Below are positions 51,487 to 60,100 of a stretch of DNA of 64,000 bases, one piece after another (position 1 is the stretch's first letter; every line of letters starts with the position of its first letter). The DNA lies in assembly GCA_013265495.1 (NCBI GenBank), contig MU060685.1, forward strand, positions 434,001 through 498,000, in the 5' to 3' direction. Origin of the DNA: Vicugna vicugna (taxonomy: Eukaryota). A program made the translations under genes and the position numbers. The notes beneath the pieces were generated by a model. It did no database searches. It saw only the letters and a list, made by a program, of their open reading frames with translations, and had not been told where the DNA came from.

Positions 51487-54400
51487 GTGAGGAGTGGTTG
51501 CTGGGCGCGGGTGATGCGGAGGCCGTGATTCGGGCCTGAGTTTGGGCTGGAGCTCGAGCCGGGGCCGGGGTCTGCCCCGGGAGCCGGGCAGGGCGAACTC
51601 GGGGGCCCCGCTAACGCTTACGCCTTGTCTCCCTTTCTAGGTGCTGCTACACGTGCTGTTCGAGCACGCGGTCGGCTACGCGCTTCTGGCGTTGAAGGAG
51701 GTGGAGGAGATCAGCCTGCTGCTTCCGCAGGTGGGTGGACGCGGTGGCCTCAGCAACTGCGCCGCAGCCCCTCGGGCCGCGCGGGCCCCAGCATGCACTG
51801 CGCGCTCCCACGTGGCCGGCCGCGCGTTGTGGGGTGCGCAGGGCCCGAGGGCTCGGGACCAGGGGGTCCTCACCTGCATTTGTGATTAGAATCACATTAG
51901 GAGCATTTAAAAGCAAGCCTGAACGCCGCCCCATACCGAAAAAGCGGAACCGGGACTTAGGACCCATGATGCGTTCGGCTGGTACTTTCGTGGATTCAAG
52001 TCTGAGAGCTGCTGCTGCTTTACTGCGCCCTAGAGGCAAAAGCAAGGGAAGGAAACCACCTACTGTTTCTCCCCCCAGGTGGAGGAGTGCGTGCTGAATC
52101 TGGGCAAGTTCCACAACATCGTTCGTCTCGTGGCCTTTTGTCCCTTTTCCTCGTCTCAGGTTGCCTTGGAAAATGCCAACGCTGTGTCTGAAGGTGAGTT
52201 GGCCACTGAGTATTTTAGAGAGAGAAGCCGAGATGTAGTTTCTGCCACTCTTGTCCTCCTAGGCTAGGGAGCTTGTGATAATACCCAGTGGTACCTGATG
52301 TGAACAGGTTGTAATTTTAAATAGCCTTCACAGAGCTCAAGGTCTGGTGAATATGACTAAATGTTACATTTAAAGTGCACAATCCAAGATGTATAGGCTT
52401 TATTTCCTGAGGGCACTGTAATAAGTGGCTTTTTAAAAATTTTTTTAAATTTTAGTTTTGGGGGGATAGGTAATTAGGTTTATTTTTTAATGGAGGTACT
52501 GGTGATTGAATCCAGGACCTTGGGCATGCTAGGCATGCACTCTTATCACCAACCTATACCCTCGCCCTGATAAGTGATGCTTAAATGAAATCTCGTAGCT
52601 GGCAGAGGCTGGTAGGCTAAATCCAATCATGTAGTTCTCTACTTCTCTGTTAAATTGACTGGAAAGGGTGATTTTGATACCAAAAGCCAAGAGAAAGAGG
52701 TTAGGTCCTAGAAGGCAAATTGGATACTGACTACTTTGTACTGTAGGTATGCTTTAAGCTTTCATACTTCCGTTACTAGGCCAGAATCCTTTTCTTCCTG
52801 TGCAGGCTTTGCAGTGATGACGTGAATCTGTCAATCCCCTGAGTGTAATCACTGATGTCTCCATGTCTCTGAGCAAAGCCTGAAGGGGAGGGATATAGGC
52901 ATGCCATCCTAGCATGCTCTGTGAGACCAATGTCAGATAGGTCTCTCAATCGACAGTTGAGGGGACAAGGATCTCTTATGATTTAAGCATCCTTCCGCAT
53001 GTTAATGGGAGCTCTGTTCTTTGCCCTGAGGTGTTGTTCATGAGGACCTCCGCTTGCTCTTGGAGACTCACCTGCCAGCCAAAAAGAAGAAAGTACTCTT
53101 GGGGGTTGGGGACCCCAAGATTGGTGCTGCTATACAAGAGGAGTTAGGATACAACTGCCAGACTGGAGGTGTGATAGCCGAGATCCTGAGAGGTGAGACC
53201 ACCCACTAACATTCTTTGGAGGGGTGGTAATTAGGTTTATTTTTTAACGGAGGTACTGGGGATTGAACCCAAGACCTTGCACATGCTAAGCATGTGCTCT
53301 ACTGCTGAGCTATGCCCTTCCCCCCATCTAACATTGTTGACATTTTGGGGTAAGGGTCTTCCAGAACTTGTTAGGGTGCTTAAGGTTGCTTCTGAGAAGC
53401 CCTCCTGTTTGGCTGGTGCCCATGGGTGCAGGAGCTTGTTCAGAGTCCTTTTTCCTTGCTCACAGTCTTGCCTTCCTCCAGGAGTTCGTCTGCACTTCCA
53501 CAACCTGGTGAAAGGTCTGACCGATTTGTCTGCTTGCAAAGCGCAGCTGGGGCTGGGGCACAGCTATTCTCGTGCCAAAGTTAAGTTTAATGTGAACCGG
53601 GTGGACAATATGATTATCCAGTCCATTAGCCTTCTGGACCAGCTGGATAAGGACATCAATACTTTCTCCATGCGTGTCAGGTAAAGTGCAGGGGCAGCCC
53701 CTGAGAAACAAGGTCTTTGGTCTGTGGTTTAGCTAATTCTGAATCCTGAGATCAGGACTGGCTCCTGTGGGTAGAACCTGTGGGGTAGGGCTGGGCCTCC
53801 TGGTGCTTACCACAGGCTGTGTTCTTACACCGACTGTATAGAAAGAGGAGGCAGAGTGAATCCACCCCATGTACACCTCAGCCCAGGCCCTTTGCCTGGT
53901 CTGTATTGTGAATGGGGGGACATGGAGTTAAGGTTTTGGATCTATCTTGTTCCCTTTCCTCCGGGCAAAGAGTAGGTATGGAGAGGGCTAGGCTGTAGCT
54001 TTATTTGAGACGTGGCAGCTGGGCCAGGGAGTGATTGTGGCTCGTTGCAGGGAGTGGTATGGGTATCATTTTCCCGAGCTGGTGAAGATCATCAATGACA
54101 ATGCCACGTACTGCCGCCTTGCTCAGTTCATTGGAAATCGACGGGAGCTGAATGAAGAAAAGTTGGAGAAGCTGGAGGAGCTGACAATGGATGGGGCCAA
54201 GGCTAAGGCTATTCTGGATGCCTCGAGGTCCTCCATGGGTCAGTACAGAGCCTGGCAGCCAAAATAAGGTACGGGGCTCTGAATACCTGGCTCCTGCATT
54301 CACACTTGGTGTCCCTTAGGCATGGACATATCAGCCATTGACTTGATAAACATCGAGAGCTTCTCCAGTCGTGTGGTGTCTTTGTCAGAGTACCGCCAAA

Positions 54401-56965
54401 GCCTACACACTTATCTGCGATCCAAGATGAGCCAAGTAGCCCCCAGCCTGTCGGCCCTAATTGGGGAAGCGGTGCGTCACGGGGAACACGAAAATGGGGG
54501 ATTAAAGAATTACCGTGCATATTCATACTGTTATACTTGCTGACCCGTCATATCTTCCCCAGTTGTACTTGATGGGGAGGAGGTGAAGCAGGATTACACA
54601 GTTGGTAGGTTGGCAGTTCCAATTCCTCTAATTCCTTGGCTCTTTCTCCAGGTAGGTGCACGTCTTATTGCTCACGCTGGCAGTCTCACCAACCTGGCCA
54701 AGTATCCAGCATCCACAGTGCAGATCCTTGGGGCTGAAAAGGCCCTGTTCAGGTACCAGTGAGGGCACCTGCCCACACTCAGGTGCCACTTCTGGTGNNN
54801 NNNNNNNNNNNNNNNNNNNNNNNNNNNNNNNNNNNNNNNNNNNNNNNNNNNNNNNNNNNNNNNNNNNNNNNNNNNNNNNNNNNNNNNNNNNNNNNNNNNN
54901 NNNNNNNNNNNNNNNNNNNNNNNNNNNNNNNNNNNNNNNNNNNNNNNNNNNNNCCGTCTGCCTCTGGGAGCTGTGGGTTGGCATGAGGTGGGGTAGAGAC
55001 CCAACCTGGCCTGAGGCTCACTCTGGAAACTGGAGGGAGAAGGAAGGGGAGGCGCTGCCTTGGCTAACAGGGTTGAGATTTCTGATCTTAAACGTCTCCA
55101 CTGAATATTCTTCTCCCAGAGCCCTGAAGACAAGGGGTAATACCCCAAAATATGGACTTATTTTCCACTCTACCTTCATTGGCCGAGCAGCCGCCAAGAA
55201 CAAAGGCCGCATCTCCCGATACCTGGCAAACAAATGCAGCATTGCCTCACGAATTGATTGCTTCTCTGGTATGGGTTGGGGGGGTTGGCGGTTGGAGGGA
55301 GGGGAGGCCGACTACCTTAGCAGCTTCTACAATGATGGCAATATTTTTCGTCAACAGCAGTTCACCTAGTGAGTGTTGATACTCTGGGTCTGAGTGGAGC
55401 TGAAGGTAGAGGGAGCACTGGGGGTGGGGACTCTTTTGTCACTTTGCAGCCTGACAGGCTTTGTTTACCCACATACACATACATCCAGAGGTGCCCACCA
55501 GTGTATTTGGGGAGAAGCTTCGAGAACAAGTCGAGGAGCGGCTGTCCTTCTATGAGACTGGAGAGATTCCACGAAAGAATCTGGATGTCATGAAGGAGGC
55601 GATGGTGCAGGTGAGTTTGAGCTTTGCTATGTGGGGGAGAAGCAATGCTGGCTGTTGGAGGTGATGAGCTCTCTTAGCCTGACCTTGCAGAGTGGAGGCA
55701 AAAAAACTGATTTAATGAGCCTGATCCAATAAAGCCAGGAGAAGCCCCAGAGCCAGGGTTCCTGAGAGCCTTTTCAGCACTTTTCTTTGGCCAGGCAGAG
55801 GAAGCGGCTGCCGAGATCACTAGGAAGTTGGAGAAACAGGAGAAGAAACGCTTGAAGAAGGAAAAGAAACGGCTGGCTGCAATGGCCCTGGCTTCTTCAG
55901 AGAACAGTAGTACTCCGGAGGAGTGTGAGGTCAGTAGGCAAGATTCTAGGTGTAGGATTTACAACAGCAGAACAAAGGATATGCCACCTCAAGTCATGGT
56001 CTGGAGTGCAGGCTTTTGGACTGAAATAAGGACCTGAAACCTGAAACTATGTCTTGATTCTATACGAAGGATATAGGTGCTGAGAGAGCTCACTCAAGAG
56101 CCCAGGGAGCTGGTTGTAGCAGCACTGTTCCTTGGGCGAGTGTGTTCTGTCCTCTGCTGCCTCCCAGGAGTCCTCAACCAGGAGTAGTTAAATTCCTGCT
56201 CCGCTTGTTCTCAGATGTGTCCAGAGGTGGTAACATTTCATGGTGATGAGGGCAGGGAGGTCTCCATTGAACCATTCTCCCTGGGCTTGTCACAGTACCC
56301 AATTTGCCAGTGTTCTGGGGTCCCCTCTGGAACCTTGCATGGTGGGGTTTTCTACTTGATGGGCTTAGGTCATTGTGTGTTCTCTCCACCCTCCAGGTTA
56401 GTCGGTGGGGGGCGGGGGGGCACTTCCAGGCCTATATCCATACAATTAAAAATCCCAGAAACAGTGGGCAATTTTAACACCACTTCCACAGTCTTTCTGC
56501 CCTGATTACTTACCAGCTGGAGTTTCGGGGGGGGGTGGTGTTCATACAGTGAATGACACTGCTCCATGCGCGTTTTCCCCTTTCCCCCGTCAGGAAACAA
56601 GTGAAAAACCCAAAAAGAAGAAAAAGCAAAAGCCCCAGGAGGTTCCTCAGGAAAATGGAATGGAAGACCCATCTGTCTCTTTCTCCAAACCCAAGAAAAA
56701 GAAATCTTTTTCCAAGGAGGAGCTGGTTAGTAGTGATCTTGAAGAGACAGCTGGCAATGTAAGTCTTCCCAAGAGGAAGAAATCTTTCCCCAAAGAGGAA
56801 CCGGTTAGCGACCTTGAAGAATCAGGAAATAAGAGTGTCCCCAAGAAAAAGAGGAAATTGTCCAAGGAGGAGACACTCAGCAGTGGACCTGAGGAGCCCG
56901 CTGTTGCCAAGAACAGTGGCTCCAAGAAAAAGAAAAAGCTCCGGAAGCTATCCCAGCAAGACTAG
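51484..56965 (+). CDS. NOP56: Nucleolar protein 56 (box C/D snoRNP core protein), complete spliced gene, 12 coding exons
   Basis: Exons translate to [17 protein letters not shown]..., the Nop domain ([22 protein letters not shown]) and the K/E-rich tail; hosts the expected intronic snoRNAs. Confidence 0.98.
51641..51730 (+). CDS. NOP56: NOP56 exon 2 (90 nt)
   Basis: tctag|GTG CTG...CCG CAG|gtgggt; [30 protein letters not shown]. Confidence 0.96.
52079..52193 (+). CDS. NOP56: NOP56 exon 3 (115 nt)
   Basis: cccag|GTG GAG...GAA G|gtgagt; [38 protein letters not shown]. Confidence 0.96.
52432..52567 (-). mobile_element. Vic-1-like SINE in NOP56 intron 3
   Basis: Antisense head and cctaattaccta tail; TSD remnant ataagtg. 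Confidence 0.85.
52809..52876 (+). ncRNA. SNORD110: Box C/D snoRNA SNORD110 (HBII-55)
   Basis: C box GTGATGA 52814-52820; D' CTGA 52839; D CTGA 52869; guide AATCTGTCAATCC is complementary to 18S rRNA GGAUUGACAGAUU; 10-bp terminal stem caggctttgc/gcaaagcctg; lies in NOP56 intron 3. Confidence 0.9.
53031..53192 (+). CDS. NOP56: NOP56 exon 4 (162 nt)
   Basis: cctgag|GT GTT GTT...AGA G|gtgaga; [53 protein letters not shown]. Not in the supplied ORF track. Confidence 0.94.
53213..53324 (-). mobile_element. Vic-1-like SINE in NOP56 intron 4
   Basis: TSD remnant ctaacatt at 53205-53212 and 53328-53335. Confidence 0.85.
53482..53680 (+). CDS. NOP56: NOP56 exon 5 (199 nt)
   Basis: tccag|GA GTT CGT...GTC AG|gtaaag; [65 protein letters not shown]. 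Confidence 0.96.
53794..53925 (+). ncRNA. SNORA51: Box H/ACA snoRNA SNORA51 (ACA51)
   Basis: Two-hairpin layout; 5' stem gcctcct/aggaggc; hinge AGAGTG 53853-53858; ACA at 53920-53922, 3 nt from the end; matches my recollection of human ACA51; lies in NOP56 intron 5. Confidence 0.88.
54051..54238 (+). CDS. NOP56: NOP56 exon 6 (188 nt)
   Basis: tgcag|G GAG TGG...ATG G|gtcagt; [62 protein letters not shown]. Confidence 0.96.
54320..54471 (+). CDS. NOP56: NOP56 exon 7 (152 nt)
   Basis: cttag|GC ATG GAC...GAA GCG|gtgcgt; [50 protein letters not shown]. Confidence 0.96.
54652..54752 (+). CDS. NOP56: NOP56 exon 8 (101 nt)
   Basis: tccag|GTA GGT...TTC AG|gtacca; [33 protein letters not shown]. Confidence 0.96.
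54798..54953. other. 156-nt N block in NOP56 intron 8; expected position of SNORD86 (not visible)
   Basis: Flanks resemble the sequence around human SNORD86 as I recall it; the snoRNA itself cannot be read, so this is inference. Confidence 0.45.
55120..55268 (+). CDS. NOP56: NOP56 exon 9 (149 nt)
   Basis: cccag|A GCC CTG...TCT G|gtatgg; [49 protein letters not shown]. Confidence 0.96.
55327..55397 (+). ncRNA. SNORD56: Box C/D snoRNA SNORD56 (U56)
   Basis: C-like box ATGATGG 55332-55338; guide TATTTTTCGTCA is complementary to 18S UGACGAAAAAUA; D box CTGA 55390-55393; terminal stem cagcttctac/gtggagctg; intron 9. Confidence 0.9.
55489..55610 (+). CDS. NOP56: NOP56 exon 10 (122 nt)
   Basis: tccag|AG GTG CCC...GTG CAG|gtgagt; [40 protein letters not shown]. 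Confidence 0.96.
55656..55727 (+). ncRNA. SNORD57: Box C/D snoRNA SNORD57 (U57)
   Basis: C box GTGATGA 55661-55667; guide AACTGATTTAATGAGC is complementary to 18S GCUCAUUAAAUCAGUU; D box CTGA 55721-55724; intron 10. Confidence 0.92.
55795..55929 (+). CDS. NOP56: NOP56 exon 11 (135 nt)
   Basis: gccag|GCA GAG...TGT GAG|gtcagt; [45 protein letters not shown]. Confidence 0.95.
56594..56965 (+). CDS. NOP56: NOP56 exon 12 coding part (K/E-rich tail)
   Basis: gtcag|GAA ACA AGT...CAA GAC TAG; [22 protein letters not shown]...[13 protein letters not shown]. Confidence 0.95.
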   Translation, partial: ETSEKPKKKKKQKPQEVPQENGMEDPSVSFSKPKKKKSFSKEELVSSDLEETAGNVSLPKRKKSFPKEEPVSDLEESGNKSVPKKKRKLSKEETLSSGPEEPAVAKNSGSKKKKKLRKLSQQD

Positions 56966-57016
56966 GATGGACATTTCCTGCAGAGTATTCCCCAGCCCAT
57001 CCCCTATATCCCAGTA

Positions 57017-57022
57017 AATAAA
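57017..57022 (+). terminator. NOP56 polyadenylation signal
   Basis: AATAAA about 50 nt after the stop, followed by a GT/T-rich stretch. Confidence 0.8.
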
Positions 57023-57056
57023 AACAAGTTCAAAGTTCACAGTTGACATACCATGT

Positions 57057-57062
57057 TTTATT
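57057..57062 (-). terminator. IDH3B polyadenylation signal
   Basis: TTTATT on plus (AATAAA on minus), 30 nt past the distal IDH3B stop. Confidence 0.8.
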
Positions 57063-57092
57063 GAAAACACCTTACATGGGTGTGGGTGGGGC

Positions 57093-57173
57093 CTATGGGT
57101 AGGACAGGGCGCCAATAACAGCCTCAGTGAAGTCCTGGCAGGTGGCATAGCCACCCATGTCAGAAGTTCGAAC
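57093..57173 (-). CDS. IDH3B: IDH3B distal alternative last exon
   Basis: tacag|GTT CGA ACT...CCA TAG; [26 protein letters not shown]. Confidence 0.92.
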   Translation of the reverse strand, partial: VRTSDMGGYATCQDFTEAVIGALSYP

Positions 57174-60100
57174 CTGTAGGGGAGAATTGCAATCATCCCT
57201 GTGGCCTGAGCCCCACCCCTAACCCCACCACCACCTAACAGTCCCCTAAGGAAGCCAGCCCCAGACAACCTAGGCTCTGCCCATAAGGTGATTATGGTCT
57301 AGAGGTTTAAGGGCTCTTCTCTGGTCCACTGTACTGAAGGGAGGTGTGGTGTGGTCCTTGTGAGGTTGGAGGGAATAAAGGACTCTAGCCCCCATAGGGG
57401 TGCAGGTGGCCGATGACAGACTTGATGAAGTCGGTTGTGGTGCTGTAGCCGCCCATGTCTCGAGTCCGTACCTACAGCCACCACCGGCAACAGCCGTGGG
57501 GGAGAAGAGAAGAGAGCCCATGAAGGCGGAGGCAGGGCAGTGTGATGGAAATGGAATCCAAAGAGGGAAGACAAGGCCAGAAAGAAGCAATGCAGCAGAC
57601 GCAAGGAGGCGGCCAGGTTTAGAAAAGCAGACCAGTCCACTCCTGTCTTCTGAGGGCCAGAGCCACTAGTGAGCCCCACTGCGGCCTGGGTGAGGTGGGA
57701 GGCCGAGCATGAGTGAGATGGGAGACATAGATCAGAGCCGGGAGGAGGATGCCGAGGAGGAAACAAGACCAGGTAGGAGCAAAGATGGCAGGGAAATGGC
57801 AGATGAGGATGGGCTTCCAGGTGTGGAGAAAGTGACACTGGTGCCTCATCCTGCCAACTCTTCTCCCTCTGCTCCAACATCCCCCCAGAGGAAAAGCTGC
57901 AAGTTCTGCATTAAGATGGCCAATTAAAGAGCCAATGGATGGAGCAGGAAAGAGAAAATAGCAGGTGGGAACCAGGAGGCAGAGGAGACCAAGAGGATGA
58001 AACAGCCAAGAGAAGGGAAATGAACAGCCCTGATAAGAACGGGGCAAGATCAGAGAGCAGATGCTCTGGGGACCCGGAGGGAAAAGAGGCCCCAACTCAG
58101 GTTCCCCAGAAAGTAGTGCTGAGGCCCTAAACCCCACAGCCTTTCTAAACTCACCTTGCCAACTTTGATCACCTTCTTCACCGCATCTGCAATCATGTTG
58201 GAGTGATGCTCGAGACTGTCAATGTGCACAGAAAGAAACTGAGAATCCCCGCTCTGTCGTGCCCGATTTCCCAACCTGTGCTCCCTGGGACAACACCCAG
58301 AAGCCTCCCACCCACCAGGACCTACTTAAGGTGTCGCAGCATGTTGGAAGCTGACAGCAGCATGGCTGTGGGGTTGGCTATATTCCTGCCCACCGCCTGG
58401 GCAAATGGATGCCGGGCGCCCTGTGGAGAGAGGAGCAGCCCAGAGTCACTGGGAGCAGACATTCTGCAGAGACTGCAGTCAGGAAAGGGCATTAGAAGAA
58501 AGGTCAGAGGCACTGGGAAGATGCAAGGGCTGGGGACAGGAGCAGGCCAGGATCACAAAGGAAGGGGACACACTGGGGGCGAGCTATCAGGGGGACCTGA
58601 GGTCAGAAGAAGGGCACACAGAGGGCAGAGGTGACCTCACTCACCATCTCAAAGACTGCGTACTCTGCGCTGTAGCTCTCCCCAGGGACCACACCAGCTC
58701 CCCCAACCAGGCCGGCTGCCAGATTGTCAATAATGTTCCCGTAGAGATTGGGCATCACCAACACATCAAATTGGTAAGGATTCTGCACCAGCTGGTGGGG
58801 AGGGGGGCAAAATGGTGGGCACAGAGAACAGAAGTTAAACCCCACTTGCTGCCCTCACTCAGCACTGAGAACACAGACAGGGGAGGCCTCACCTGCATGC
58901 AGCAGTTGTCTATGATCATTGTCTCGAACTTAATCTTGGGGTAGAGTTCAGCAACTTCCTCGCAGCACTGCAGGAACAACCCATCCCCGAGTTTCCTGTC
59001 CATGAGCCAAAGGGAACAGACTCAGCCAAGAAAGTGCAGGGGGCTACCTTCCCAGGAACCCACCCCACACAAATCACATCCCTCACATGATATTGGCCTT
59101 GTGGACAGCTGTGACCTTGCTCCGCCCCTTCTTAGTGGCATAGTCAAAGGCGAACTTCGCTATCCGCTGAGATTTGGTTCGAGTGACAATCTTCAAGCAC
59201 TCAATCACGCCCTTCGCACTCTGTGTAAGAGAGAGGCAACTAGGTGACACTGGAAAGGAGGCACAAAGGAGCTCCGCCTCTGTCCCACCTTCACCCCTGC
59301 CCTCACCTCGTGTTCCAGAGAGCTGTACTCCCCTTCTGTCTGCTCTCGAATGATCACCAAATCTAGATTGTTGTGTCGAGTCTTGTACCCAGGAAGTGAC
59401 TTCACGTGGACTACATTGGCAAACAAGTCCAACTTACGCCTGGGGGTGGGGCAGAGTCATGAGCACTGTGCCTGGGGCCCCAGTACCCCCAGGGACCACG
59501 GGCCCTCCACCACCTACCTCAGCCGCATATCATAGGAAGCTAGTTCCCCCTTATACTCCATTGGGGTATGGATCTTTCCTGCATAAACAGAATCACGGGG
59601 GAGAGCTGTCAGTCACAGGTCAAGCCCAGGGGAACCCAGACTGGCAGCCAATCCCCTCAGTGACATAATGCAACCCAGACTCCCATCTCCCACTCCCAAA
59701 CAAGTGGCTCTTAAGTGCCTCTGGAGACAAGGGGCAAAGGAGAGTAATATACTTAGAGTGAGAAATATTTTGTCCACTGTTTTATTTTTAGTTACTATAT
59801 TTCTATGTTGAAACTTTAAAATGACCTAAAAGGGGAAAAATTTCTTGTGTTATCAAAGAGCCTGGGTTCAAGGCTGAGAAACAATGCTGGGGATCTGTGA
59901 CCCTTCTGGATGTTTCTGTGTCTACTATTTGACATCTTTCCAACAAACACTGAGTATCGACCATCTGTCAGGCACTAGGGATAGTGATCAAAACACACAA
60001 CACACAACTCCTGTCCTCAAGGGTCAAACAATGCTTTGGGGAAGACAGTTAATATGAAAGACATGATAAATACATGTGAAAGGTATTAACAACATGCCTA

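Larger units (their letters stand above)
50860..52150. promoter_or_regulatory. CpG island and promoter of NOP56
   Basis: GC- and CpG-rich block over the start codon; inverted CCAAT (ATTGG 51390-51394), CCGGAA ETS cores, CACGTG E-boxes at 50724, 51650 and 51809. Confidence 0.9.

Noticed and set aside
50875-51539. Overlapping ORFs in the NOP56 CpG island
   Set aside because: GC-rich artefacts in several frames with no splice or homology support
51574-51641. MIR1292, which lies at this position in human intron 1
   Set aside because: The 3' end (ctccctttctagg) has no good complementary 5' arm here, so the hairpin cannot be supported
54798-54953. SNORD86 as a called feature
   Set aside because: Entirely N; only positional expectation, no readable boxes
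54981-54993. GAG|gtgggg as the downstream donor of the SNORD86 switch
   Set aside because: Cannot be tied to the known site, which is probably inside the masked block; the motif is only moderate
56243-56249. GTGATGA as the C box of an extra snoRNA in NOP56 intron 11
   Set aside because: No CTGA D box within about 250 nt and no terminal stem
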